The notes: generated by a model not told the origin, from the letters alone. A DNA stretch of 64,000 nucleotides from Candidatus Calditenuaceae archaeon HR02 (GCA_002898395.1 BEHE01000006.1:1-64000); one strand, 5' to 3'. Shown: positions 9,070 through 18,680, counted from the first letter of the stretch. Numbers and translations are program-made.

Positions 9070-9430
9070 TTTGGCACGGTTAGCAATTAATGGTGGAAGG
9101 CGGTAATCCAGTAAACTTTGGCGAGCCGAAGCCACCCTTATCTAGACGCAGGATAAGATTGATAGAGGATTATACACACACGCATGGTTCTGAGTGGAGA
9201 GGTAGGCGCGTGGGTGCTATAGGAGGCATGGGCTGATTCTCATTTCAAAAGAATAAGTCTCTAACAGCTAGCGAGGATGGAATAGTACTCACGGACAGCG
9301 ACTAACACGCCTGCAAGGCGAGACCTATACACAACATAGGCAGGGTCGTAGTGAGGCTGCACACGAACACTACATCCTCAGCTCAAAACTACAGTATGAC
9401 AGGGTTTCAAGCAGCACTCTTCTCGTCTAA
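9070..9430 (+). pseudogene. DegT/DnrJ/EryC1/StrS aminotransferase remnant
   Basis: LAINGG, then IEDYTHTHGSEWRGRRVGAIGGMG*FSFQKNKSLTASEDGIVLTD, with stops, frameshifts and a large deletion. Confidence 0.8.
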
Positions 9431-9555
9431 GCGCGACAAATCTGAAGAGCAACCCCCATCCGTCCAACCACTCGATCCCAATCTTCTCAGCCGGCCTCTG
9501 TTGAGACATCTACATTGTTAGAATAGTCTTAGCTCGTTTAGGTACGCCTTTTCCC

Positions 9556-11427
9556 CTACTTTTTAGGCTGTTTCGTGCTTATCTCCTCTTCGATGGCCTC
9601 TCTATATGCCTTGTAGAGCCGGTCTACAAGCCTGTAGACCATGTAGATTATGATAATTGCCGTGGCAGGTGCGAGGGATTTCACGATGTATGGGCCCGTT
9701 ATTGGGAGGGTGCCGAGGCTCCAGGAGTAGGTCCAGAGGATTAGCGCCAAGAAGAGGTACGTGGTGTCGCTGATTGTCTCGCGGATTATTGTTGACGTCA
9801 GCCGTAGCCTGTGTACAAGTTTGGCGGAGGCCAGTTCCACCAGTATTCCACTTGAGACTATTATCTTTGAGCCAAAATAGATTATCACCCCTATCTCCGC
9901 CAACGGCAGGAATGTTGCCACCTCGAGGGTTACGTGATTCTCCATTATCACTATGTCGGCAAAGGGTGTTAGTAGGAGCCTGGTTACTAGTAGCCCAATG
10001 GTGAGGCGGAAGGCATTGACAATTACCGTGTGGACAGCACCCCTAGCAGTCAGCTCAAGGGCGAGGCGAGGCCAAGCCTCACTCCTCCTCCTTCGAGGCA
10101 TAGGCCACGACCAGGTTAAAGACCCTCTGAAGAGGAGGACCAGGCCCGCTATGACGAAGATGGCCGAGGCAAAGGCGATGTAGTATACCGAGTAGAGTGG
10201 GTACCCGGCTGCAGAGCATATGAATACGCTGAAGAGCCTAGCGTCTCGGGTTGCGGGGATCTTCCTCAGGTTATCTACCTCGATATTTAGTCTCGAGAGC
10301 ATGTGTGTGGTCTGGCTGACCAGCGTGGCACTGGCTGCAGCAATTATCGATAGGATTGCATCCAGCGTAGAGAGGGGCCAGCTGGCCGCTGCCACGCCCG
10401 CTATAACCGCAATATCTGCGACCCTGTCCAATATGTTGTCGAAGACCTCTCCCTGGGAACTCGTAGCCTTGAAGAGGCGTGCAACCTCTCCGTCAACACC
10501 ATCGAGGATGGACGCTATTTGTATAAGGAGCCCGCCGACCAGAAAAAATCCTGCCGGGAAGGCGGTCGCCCCCAAAGCTGCGGCAATGAACGAGATGAGA
10601 GAGATGATGTTAGGGTGGATGAAGAGCCCCTTCTTGTAGAGATACAGTGAGATCCTTGTCGAGATGCTCCTGTTTAGTAGCCTGCTCACCAAGCCGTCAG
10701 AAGGCTTTACAAGGTCTCTCCTCAATATTTCGTGATAGATTTCTCTGGCAGCCTCTAGGTCGCTGGGGGTGTCGATGTCCTTCCATAGGAGGCCTGTCAC
10801 GTCAACGAAGTCCACGTCATTGTTTGCTGCAGCTAGGTTGATTGCATCTTTGAGGGAGGCCTCCTTTCCATATTCCTTGATGGCCTCCTCCATGTATTGT
10901 AGGCTGCGCGGCCCGCAAAATATTACACCTGTATCAATACCATAGGTGGGTGTCAGCTCCTTCCCTGTCTCAACCACGCGACCCTCATGCAATAAGAGTT
11001 TAAGCCCCTCCTCGGCTGTCTTCAGTGACGGCTTCCTATCAAGGCAGAGTATGAAGGCCTTCTGGCTATCCTTGGCGCGTTTAATCATCTTTCTCAGTAA
11101 TCGCCTCTCCACTATGTGGTCGGACATCACGAGGAGGAGGGGCAGGCTAAACTCCTCGCAACCAATATAAGCGCTGTAAAGATTTCCAAAGGAGTCTTCA
11201 TCCTTGATCTGGATTATGCGGAGGCCTGGGCTTATTTCCTTAAAGATGTCTGCGAAATCTGGCATAGTAACTATCGCTATGTCCAGTATCCCGCTGCTTT
11301 TTAGCTGGTTTACTATGAATGAGAGTATTGAGACCCCGGGCTCAAGCTCCATGAGTGTTTTGGGAGTATGATGCGAGTAGGGCTGGAGACGGGTGGCTCT
11401 ACCCGCTGCTAAAATAACCGCTCTCAA
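9556..11427 (-). CDS. Bifunctional IPCT/DIPP synthase-like protein (NTP transferase + CDP-alcohol phosphotransferase) with extra C-terminal membrane domain
   Basis: ILAAGRATRL...PK, WKDIDTPSD, DGLVSRLLNRSIS and DGVDGEVAR...GEVFDNILDRVAD motifs. Confidence 0.85.
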   Translation of the reverse strand: MRAVILAAGRATRLQPYSHHTPKTLMELEPGVSILSFIVNQLKSSGILDIAIVTMPDFADIFKEISPGLRIIQIKDEDSFGNLYSAYIGCEEFSLPLLLVMSDHIVERRLLRKMIKRAKDSQKAFILCLDRKPSLKTAEEGLKLLLHEGRVVETGKELTPTYGIDTGVIFCGPRSLQYMEEAIKEYGKEASLKDAINLAAANNDVDFVDVTGLLWKDIDTPSDLEAAREIYHEILRRDLVKPSDGLVSRLLNRSISTRISLYLYKKGLFIHPNIISLISFIAAALGATAFPAGFFLVGGLLIQIASILDGVDGEVARLFKATSSQGEVFDNILDRVADIAVIAGVAAASWPLSTLDAILSIIAAASATLVSQTTHMLSRLNIEVDNLRKIPATRDARLFSVFICSAAGYPLYSVYYIAFASAIFVIAGLVLLFRGSLTWSWPMPRRRRSEAWPRLALELTARGAVHTVIVNAFRLTIGLLVTRLLLTPFADIVIMENHVTLEVATFLPLAEIGVIIYFGSKIIVSSGILVELASAKLVHRLRLTSTIIRETISDTTYLFLALILWTYSWSLGTLPITGPYIVKSLAPATAIIIIYMVYRLVDRLYKAYREAIEEEISTKQPKK

Positions 11428-11460
11428 GACCTAAATCTTAGTCCGGTTTCTCTAATATAA

Positions 11461-11488
11461 CTCTTCAAAGACACGTGTCTTTGAAGAG
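11461..11488. promoter_or_regulatory. Perfect 28-bp palindrome in a divergent intergenic region
   Basis: CTCTTCAAAGACAC|GTGTCTTTGAAGAG. Regulatory role is inferred. Confidence 0.55.
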
Positions 11489-11573
11489 CGAGTTTGTAGC
11501 ATCTGCTGGCCATGCATAGAGAGTCTCAAAGCGTGCGAAAATCTATATTTATTGCCTCCTTTGATTATAGACG

Positions 11574-12005
11574 TTGTTGAACAGTAGTAACTTTGGCTGG
11601 GTATTCTTTGCGTTATTGTCGCTGATCGTGTGGGGTGTCTGGGGGTTTACCGCCAGGGTCGCGGCCGCGTCGATTGGCTGGCGCGAGATGACCGTCCTCG
11701 CATCTATCGGAAGCGTATCTTCTATGCTCGCTTTCGCACTGCTGACGAGGCCCAATCTATCATACCCTCTCGGCGCATTCATGCTCGCTTTTGTTGTTGG
11801 TGTACTGGGTTTCTTGGGGACACCTATCTTTTACGCGGCCCTTGAGCGGCATCCATCAGCCATAGTTATCGTGGTAACCTCACTATACCCCGTCGTAACG
11901 ATAATACTCTCGACGCTCTTCCTCGGGGAGGTTCCCTCGCCTAGACAGGTTATAGGAATCGTGCTGGCAATTGCTGCCTTAGTCCTCATATCGTCTGAGG
12001 CTTGA
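11574..12005 (+). CDS. EamA/DMT family transporter (single repeat)
   Basis: Five hydrophobic helices, WGVWG, and SLYPVVTIILSTLFLGE...IGIVLA signature. Confidence 0.85.
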   Translation: MLNSSNFGWVFFALLSLIVWGVWGFTARVAAASIGWREMTVLASIGSVSSMLAFALLTRPNLSYPLGAFMLAFVVGVLGFLGTPIFYAALERHPSAIVIVVTSLYPVVTIILSTLFLGEVPSPRQVIGIVLAIAALVLISSEA

Positions 12006-12046
12006 GTCCCTTGGAAGACGTATAAGCACGTTCTGCCGACCTTGAT

Positions 12047-14083
12047 GTGCGGTTGAGAGAAGGGATGGCGCGTAGATTAGAGGATTCTTTTAGGCAGGTC
12101 CACCTAGACTTTCACACCTCTCCACTAATACCTGACATGGCCGCCGATTTTAATCCAGAGGAATTCGCTGATACACTTTTACGAGCCTCTGTGAACTCCA
12201 TTACAGTCTTCGCCAAGTGTCATCATGGGATGTCTTATTATGATACGCGGGTCGGAGTAAAACATCCGTCGCTGAAGATAGACCTTCTCAGGGAGATGGT
12301 GGATGCCTGTCACGGTAGAGGTATTAGGGTCGCCGCGTATTATTCAGTCTGCTGGGACGCCTATATGGGAGATGAGCATCCGGAGTGGCTCCAAATCGAT
12401 AAGAACGGTGTACCGGTTAGGCCTAGGCCTTTTGAGCGTCCATACTATAGCTGGGAGACACTATGCCTCAACACACCATACGTCGACTATGTTGAGGCGC
12501 AGGTTAGAGAGGTTTTGAGCGGCTATGAGGTGGATGGCATCTTTCTAGATATCGTTGTGCAGAGGAGGCCGGGTTGCATCTGCCACCTCTGTAGGTCGTC
12601 GATGGATAGGCTCGGCATGGATTATTCAGATGATGAGGCGCTTAGGAGTCACTCGAGGATGATAGAGGAGAGGTTTATGGAGAGGATGTGGAGGATCGTC
12701 AAAGAGATAAGACCGAGCGCAACGCTATTCTTTAACGGCGCGTCTAGCCTGAACATGGCGCGCATGGCCGGGAGATATGTGACTCATTTTGAGATTGAGT
12801 CGCTCCCGACCGGGCCGTGGGGATACTATCATTTCCCACTCTACGCACGATACCTAAGAAACTTTGGCAAGCCGACCATAGGGATGACTGGGAGGTTCCA
12901 CCTCTCGTGGGCTGATTTTGGAGGACTTAAGCAGGTCGCCCAACTAGTCTACGAGGCCACCAGGATACTGGCGCACGGAGCCGCGGTCTCGATAGGAGAC
13001 CAAATGCATCCGCGAGGTAGGCTCGATGAAGCGGTCTACAACACCATCGGAGAGGCCTACAGGCTCGTCGGGAGGGTGGAGGAGCTCCTACGAGGGGCCG
13101 AGCCAGTCTACGAGGCGGCAATCCTAGCGCTCCCAAGGTCAAGAGGCGCTGACGCCTACGTTTTTCCGGAGGGCGGTTTTGGGATTGACGACTCATTAGG
13201 TGGCGCTGTAAAGATTCTATTAGAGGAGAAGATACAGTTTAACGTTATAGACCATTTGATGGATTTCGACAAGTACAAGCTGCTTATAATCCCCGACTTT
13301 GGTCTCCTCGACGAAGATACTGCGCAGAAGATTGCAGAGTATGTCTCGCGAGGCGGACGGCTAATATTCAGCTACAAGGCAACTCTAGAGGATGGCGAGT
13401 TTAAGATACCTGGAACAGGCTTAAAGCCTATTGATTCTGACCGATATGATGTCGACTTTATCCGAGTCGGCCCACAGATATCCGAGGGCATTCCCAGGGA
13501 CTTTGACATTGCGATGTATGGCTCGGGTGTTTACAATTTCCTTGAAGATTGTGCGGCCTTGGCCTGGATTAGGGAGCCCTACTTCAGGAGGAGCTACAAG
13601 ACTTACACATCGCACACCTACTCTCCCGCTATTAGATACTCGGAGAGCCCAGCCATCACCCTATCGAGAGACGGGAAAATACTATACATATACTCTCCCA
13701 TATTCGCAGCCTATTTCAAGTATGGCTACTGGCTCTACGCCAGAATGCTCAGAAACTGCCTAAACCTCATGCTCAAGGATAGGATGTTACACCCGACCCT
13801 CCCACCCACGTCGGAGGCCTACCTCTGGAGGCATGGCGACTCACTCATTCTCCACCTGTTGAATTACCAGTCAATGAGGGTTGGCAGGCACCCTGAGTAT
13901 ATGGGGGAGTATACTCCCTACTCGTCCTTGAGGCTGAGAGTCAGGGCGACTAGGGAGCCGCAGCGCGTCTACTCCTATGTAGATGGCAGGGAGCTACGCT
14001 ACAGCTTCTCCAACAGTGTTGTGGATATCATGCTTGACGCGCCGGCCCTGTACGAGATCGTTGTCTTAGAGGGCGCGGCTTAG
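12047..14083 (+). CDS. Glycoside hydrolase, probable GH151 alpha-L-fucosidase-like (TIM barrel + trimerization-like domain)
   Basis: FRQVHLDFHTS, FAKCHHG, DGIFLDI, HFEIESLPTG.WGY, GMTGRFH.SWADFGG and GDQMHPRG motifs. Confidence 0.75.
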   Translation: MRLREGMARRLEDSFRQVHLDFHTSPLIPDMAADFNPEEFADTLLRASVNSITVFAKCHHGMSYYDTRVGVKHPSLKIDLLREMVDACHGRGIRVAAYYSVCWDAYMGDEHPEWLQIDKNGVPVRPRPFERPYYSWETLCLNTPYVDYVEAQVREVLSGYEVDGIFLDIVVQRRPGCICHLCRSSMDRLGMDYSDDEALRSHSRMIEERFMERMWRIVKEIRPSATLFFNGASSLNMARMAGRYVTHFEIESLPTGPWGYYHFPLYARYLRNFGKPTIGMTGRFHLSWADFGGLKQVAQLVYEATRILAHGAAVSIGDQMHPRGRLDEAVYNTIGEAYRLVGRVEELLRGAEPVYEAAILALPRSRGADAYVFPEGGFGIDDSLGGAVKILLEEKIQFNVIDHLMDFDKYKLLIIPDFGLLDEDTAQKIAEYVSRGGRLIFSYKATLEDGEFKIPGTGLKPIDSDRYDVDFIRVGPQISEGIPRDFDIAMYGSGVYNFLEDCAALAWIREPYFRRSYKTYTSHTYSPAIRYSESPAITLSRDGKILYIYSPIFAAYFKYGYWLYARMLRNCLNLMLKDRMLHPTLPPTSEAYLWRHGDSLILHLLNYQSMRVGRHPEYMGEYTPYSSLRLRVRATREPQRVYSYVDGRELRYSFSNSVVDIMLDAPALYEIVVLEGAA

Positions 14084-14466
14084 CGAATAAATATCTTCTC
14101 CGGCTTAATCCGCCATATCAGCCTATTCTCGCGGAGACCCTGAAACCTGCTGACGCCCAGATACTTATTCGCCAACTTGTCTATATGCTCCACCGCGCCC
14201 TGAAAAGTCTTCTCAACGACCCGCCCCCGAATCTCGCAGTATTTGTACGGGTTAGCTGAGTCGGCGATGGCTATCGAGACCCGTGTGTCCCTATCCGTAT
14301 TCTTGTCCTTAACCCTCCCCTTAACGGTGTTGACCAGTATATAGTCGCCATCAAGATCAATCCAGACGGGCGAGACCTGAGGCGAGCCATCAGGCATCAG
14401 AGTCGCGACGAAGCCGAAGTTCCTCCCTTCTACAAGCCTTCTAACCTCAGGTGGAAGCTGAGTCAT
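14080..14466 (-). CDS. PPOX-class (pyridoxamine 5'-phosphate oxidase-like) F420/flavin-dependent oxidoreductase
   Basis: ATLMPDGSPQVSPVW, GRVKDKN..RD.RVSI and IDKLANKYLG motifs. Confidence 0.85.
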   Translation of the reverse strand: MTQLPPEVRRLVEGRNFGFVATLMPDGSPQVSPVWIDLDGDYILVNTVKGRVKDKNTDRDTRVSIAIADSANPYKYCEIRGRVVEKTFQGAVEHIDKLANKYLGVSRFQGLRENRLIWRIKPEKIFIR

Positions 14467-14567
14467 ATTGGCGCGTATTCTCAGGCTACTATTTAACGAG
14501 AGACCCATGAACTATGTGCGACCGAATCAAATTTTATATATTGTTGAATGGGGCTGGCTAAGCAGGT

Positions 14568-15263
14568 TTGAGGTTCGAGATTAAGCACCGCCCATCTTAC
14601 TCGCTGCTTGAGGTTGAGCTTGAGCAGGGAGAAGTCATCAGGGCTGAGGCTGGAGCAATGACCTACATGTCTCCGACGATCGAGGTGAGTACGGTGATGC
14701 GTGAGGCCAGCTTCTTCCAGAGCCTAGGCCTCAAACTCCTCGGCGGCCAATCCTTCTTCGTGAACGAGTACCTTGCTAGGTCAGGTAGGGGCGTGGTTGG
14801 TCTTGTATCGGCTCCCCTCGGCGACATAGCCCACCTAGACGTCAGGCCAGGACTCGGCTATATTGTCCAAAAATCCGCTTACGTGGCGTCAAGCCCCAGC
14901 GTGGACTTGGACATCAAGTGGCAGGGCTTTACCAAGGGAATCTTCGGGCAGGGACTGTTCATGTTGAGGGCTACGGGGAGCGGAGACCTCTTCATCAACA
15001 CCTTCGGAGCCCTCGAGAAGAAGACACTCGCGCCCGGCGAGGAACTGGTCGTCGACAACTTCCACCTAGCAGCCTTCACAGATACCTGTAGCTACCAAGT
15101 ATCCAAGTTCGGCGGCCTCAAGTCCACACTACTGGGAGGCGAGGGGCTCGTGGTGAAGGTGAAGGGGCCGGGAGAAGTCTACATACAGACCAAAAACCCC
15201 GCCGAGTTCGCACAATGGCTCTGGAGCCTACTAGAACCGTACGCGGGGTCAAGGGCTAGATAG
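14568..15263 (+). CDS. TIGR00266/AIM24 family protein
   Basis: AEAGAM, GGQSFFVN, GQGLF, VVDNFHLAAF, GGEGLV and GPGEVYIQT motifs. Confidence 0.9.
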   Translation: MRFEIKHRPSYSLLEVELEQGEVIRAEAGAMTYMSPTIEVSTVMREASFFQSLGLKLLGGQSFFVNEYLARSGRGVVGLVSAPLGDIAHLDVRPGLGYIVQKSAYVASSPSVDLDIKWQGFTKGIFGQGLFMLRATGSGDLFINTFGALEKKTLAPGEELVVDNFHLAAFTDTCSYQVSKFGGLKSTLLGGEGLVVKVKGPGEVYIQTKNPAEFAQWLWSLLEPYAGSRAR

Positions 15264-15294
15264 TAACTCAACCGGGAAATCCTTTTTAGCATTA

Positions 15295-15711
15295 TTGTTT
15301 GTCAAGTTGTTGTGGCTTAAGAGGAAAGAGGAGTATGAGACGCTTAAGAAGAGGGCCCTAGACTTCTATGAAGAGGCAAAGAATGCCCTTGAGTCGGGGC
15401 GATATGACCTTGCATGTTTCTTGGCGGAGCAGTCTGCCCAGCTTTATCTTAAATCCGCCCTGCTAAAGATGGTGGGAGATTATAGCAGGACACACCGTCT
15501 TAGACAGCTCCTCTCGGAGCTGGTTAAATCCACATCCTCCGAAAGACTAAAGAGATTTTCTGAAGAATATAATGTACATCTGTCAAGCCTGGAAGACGCG
15601 TACATCATGGCAAAATACACCACGAAGCACTACACCCTGCGGGACTCGGAGGAAAGTATACGACTTGTAGAGATTCTGTCTAGGATGGTTGAGGGGGAGG
15701 AGGGCTTGTAG
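15295..15711 (+). CDS. HEPN domain protein (MNT-HEPN pair)
   Basis: YDLACFLAEQSAQLYLK, RTH.L and YIMAKY motifs. Confidence 0.85.
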   Translation: MFVKLLWLKRKEEYETLKKRALDFYEEAKNALESGRYDLACFLAEQSAQLYLKSALLKMVGDYSRTHRLRQLLSELVKSTSSERLKRFSEEYNVHLSSLEDAYIMAKYTTKHYTLRDSEESIRLVEILSRMVEGEEGL

Positions 15712-16053
15712 TGAGTTTCATGGATACTGCGAGGAGGAGGGCGGACATAGTTAGAAACTGGAGGGAGTACGTATACGGGGTTGCTAAGGCGGTGAAGGAG
15801 GTGCTACCAGATGCGTAGGTCTATGTCTTCGGGAGCGCTGTAACAGGCGACTTAGTTGCATCTAGCGACATAGACATTCTCGTAATCTCCAAAAAAATTC
15901 CCGATGGGCTTTTCGAGAGAGGCCGAGTGAAGGTTGATATCGAGAGGGGGCCGGCCTCCCATACTACCATCCCTTCGAATTCCACCTCGTGAAGCCTGAG
16001 GAGTCAGAAGAATACTTGAGAAGAGCCGGTAAACATATTTTAAGAATCTGCTA
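15711..16053 (+). pseudogene. Minimal nucleotidyltransferase (MNT), disrupted
   Basis: LPDA*VYVFGSAVTGDLVASSDIDILV has an in-frame TAG, plus a later frameshift before GLPYYHPFEFHLV. Confidence 0.85.
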
Positions 16054-16103
16054 GACTTCTTGGGACCGATGCTAGGAAATCGGCTCCCAGACCAGCAAGG
16101 GAT

Positions 16104-17039
16104 CGCTCATCTCGGTCTTATAAGGGATTTATATATTCTCCTCGGAATTTTCTTTGGCCATGGACCCCGATGCGGTGAGGTCGGTATTCCTTCCGGATAA
16201 GGAGAGGTGCCTAAACTACCTGAGGAGAGTCAGGTTCAAGGGATGGACTCAAATGCTTCTACTGCGGTTCCTCTGATGTTAGGAAGGATGGAAGGGACAG
16301 GAACGGATACCAAGTCTATGAATGCGCTTCATGTAGGAGGAAGTTCAACGACCTGACTGGGACTATATTCTCTAGGCATAAGCTGAGCCTTGAGGAGATG
16401 TTCTACATAATACTCTCCATGGAGACGAAGAGCGCGAATCAGATATCCAGGGAACTGGGGAGGGATTACGAGTCTGTGCTCAACTTCGTCAGGGAGGTTC
16501 AGGAGCTGGCTAAGAGGGTGGGAGGGGTAAGGCTGGAGGGCATATGCGAGGCAGACGAGGTCTACGTGAACTCAGGTGATAAGGGGGTTAAGGAGGGTAA
16601 TCCTAGGGGGAGGGGGCTATCGGTTAAGGGTAGGGGAACATACGATAAGGACAGGCCACCCGTGCTAACGCTGGTAAGGAGGAGAGACGGGATGGCCGAG
16701 TTCGTTCTGCTCAGTGATATGAGTCAGGCAGTAGAAGAGATTAGATCGAGGGCATCTGAAGATTGCGTGATCATAACTGACAACTACCCCGCATACGATA
16801 AGCTGGATTCCATCGGGATAAACCTCATGAGGATAAACCACTCCGAGAGATACGCAGATGAAGATATACACCTGAACAAATGCGAGAACAGGCACTCATT
16901 CCTAAGATCTTTCCTATCGAAGTTCAGAGGGGTGAGCAAGAGACACCTCCAAGGACACCTATCATTCCTAGCACTATTAATCAACATGCCTACAAGGTGG
17001 TTCAGTACACTACTATCCCTTACGATGCCGATATGAGCG
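16104..17039 (+). mobile_element. IS1595-family insertion sequence; transposase from 16160 frameshifted near 16240
   Basis: Imperfect 25-bp TIRs (CGCTCATCTCGGTCTTATAAGGGAT / ATCCCTTACGATGCCGATATGAGCG) and 8-bp TSD CAAGGGAT. Zn ribbon CFYC..CASC, EADEVY, ITDNY, NHS and GVSKRHLQGHL motifs. Confidence 0.92.
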
Positions 17040-17113
17040 CAAGGGATTATCCCTAAGTTATTGAATAATCTCGATTTCTCCGCAAATATGCAGATTACAT
17101 TCGTAATTTAGTT

Positions 17114-17220
17114 ATAGTGTCCGGATAACGCCTTAAATATCTAAACTTAGGGGGAGAAGGCATCACGGTGGAGGAAAAGGTCATCAATCCTTTAAATGCC
17201 ATCCTTATCCGGAAACTACC
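17114..17220. mobile_element. Short MITE, family A TIRs
   Basis: atagtgtccggataac ... cttatccggaaactacc. Confidence 0.7.
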
Positions 17221-17254
17221 AGGCTTGGCAGAGTATTATTTTTATCGCGTGGAG

Positions 17255-17474
17255 AGGCGCGTAGGACCGGTGTATCTCCCCTAATCTCTGAGGTTATTCT
17301 GCTGGCAGGTGTGGTAGGGCTTGGCCTAGCGATTTGGGGGTTGTCAATAAGCTATTTTGGAGTTATATCTCGGTGCAGAATACTCAGGAGTTTGATAAGA
17401 TGGTTAGTAGTCAGGGGATGTTGCTGATAATTGAGGCTGTTGACAGCGATATTGGCAGGGTCAGAGAGGTTTAG
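17255..17474 (+). pseudogene. Pilin-like gene remnant, paralog of 35526-36047
   Basis: RRTG|VSPLISEVILLAGVVGLGLAIWGLSISY, frameshift, then EFDKMVSSQGMLLIIEAV. Matches GEILLFAGVVTLGLALWGLSLGY...DYDRFVSRQRGFLIVEAV. Confidence 0.75.
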
Positions 17475-17605
17475 GAAAGAATTTGCATCCGGAAGGTTTT
17501 AGGGGAAAAGTTCGGCTTATCGTCCAAATATCCAACACTCATCCTAAAACCATCACCACATAGCGCTCCTCTACGTACCCTGAGGATGGTTCTATCAGCA
17601 GTTAT

Positions 17606-18640
17606 TCACGACGCCTGGAGCAACCCAAGGTCGTTCTCGACGTTTGTTATCGGGCTGTAGACGAACATTGTACCATCGCTCGACCCTCCCCACAGGATTC
17701 CATAAAGGATCACATCAACCTCGGAAGTCGCGGGATCATCCTGCAGTCTAAAGACCGGCGACCCGCTATCACCTCCACCAACTATCTGCTGGCTAGCCGA
17801 GACTATGTCCTGGCAGAGCCTGACAACCTTGCTCCCTATAGGCCTCACGTCGGCGCAGGTGTTCGTCACGACGCCCTCAGTCTGCCCAGTCGTCCTCCCG
17901 ACCTTCCTCAACACCGTACCCAAGGCTGCATTCCCAACGTTCTCACCCAATATCCTAAAGTTACCAGTTATCGTCAGGGAGCCATCGTTCACGCCAGAAG
18001 TCATAGCGATGTATCCGATGATAGCCGATACTCCGTTAAATATTCGGGAGAAGGCAGCATCGCTCCATCTACACTTCAATCCTCTCAATCCGCAGTCGAA
18101 TGCCTGAGGGTCGAGGACCTCTATTCCAATCCCCTGAGGCGGAAGTGGCTGATAATGTGTTGTCCCATCTAACCCGAACTCCTTCCCCGTACAATGGGAA
18201 TTCGCCACAAACCCTTCATAATCAACAATGCCGTCTCTGTTCACATCTATCTTAGCATTAAATCCCAGAGTGCATACGTAGGTCAATCCCCTCTTCACGA
18301 AGGCTATCTGCAACCCTCCGACCAGAGGCCTAACCTTGTCCCTCAAAGTATCCAGCTCGAAGATCGGCGGCCTCTCGACTATCCTAACCAGCGAGATTGG
18401 AACCCCAAGTTCTCTCAACCTAACCTCAACCGATTCGGCAAGGCCTCTATTAGTTACACCTATCTCGAGGAGACCATCCTCCCTCGCATCGACATATAAG
18501 ACCCCATTTATCTCTAGGACCGGTCTAGCCTTTTCCTTCAGGTGTTCAGGCGGAACCGGATAGCTACCAGCGACGGCGAGACTAGAAAGAGCAAGGGTGA
18601 CAGCAAAGAACAAAGCCAGTAGCACGCGCATGACATTCAT
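17606..18640 (-). CDS. Secreted chymotrypsin-fold (S1) serine protease with pro-region
   Basis: Signal peptide, CTLGF, ANSHC (His), SDAA (Asp), KVGRTTG and GGDSGSPV (Ser). Confidence 0.88.
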   Translation of the reverse strand: MNVMRVLLALFFAVTLALSSLAVAGSYPVPPEHLKEKARPVLEINGVLYVDAREDGLLEIGVTNRGLAESVEVRLRELGVPISLVRIVERPPIFELDTLRDKVRPLVGGLQIAFVKRGLTYVCTLGFNAKIDVNRDGIVDYEGFVANSHCTGKEFGLDGTTHYQPLPPQGIGIEVLDPQAFDCGLRGLKCRWSDAAFSRIFNGVSAIIGYIAMTSGVNDGSLTITGNFRILGENVGNAALGTVLRKVGRTTGQTEGVVTNTCADVRPIGSKVVRLCQDIVSASQQIVGGGDSGSPVFRLQDDPATSEVDVILYGILWGGSSDGTMFVYSPITNVENDLGLLQAS

Positions 18641-18680
18641 AGCAACTCATGCGGTATAAAAAGACTTCACCTAATACAAT

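Noticed and set aside
15816-15818. Pyrrolysine/amber read-through in the MNT gene
   Set aside because: The same gene also has a frameshift, and no pyl genes are in view. Ordinary decay is simpler.
16230-16250. Programmed frameshift in the IS1595 transposase
   Set aside because: No canonical slippery heptamer, and IS1595 transposases are normally single ORFs.
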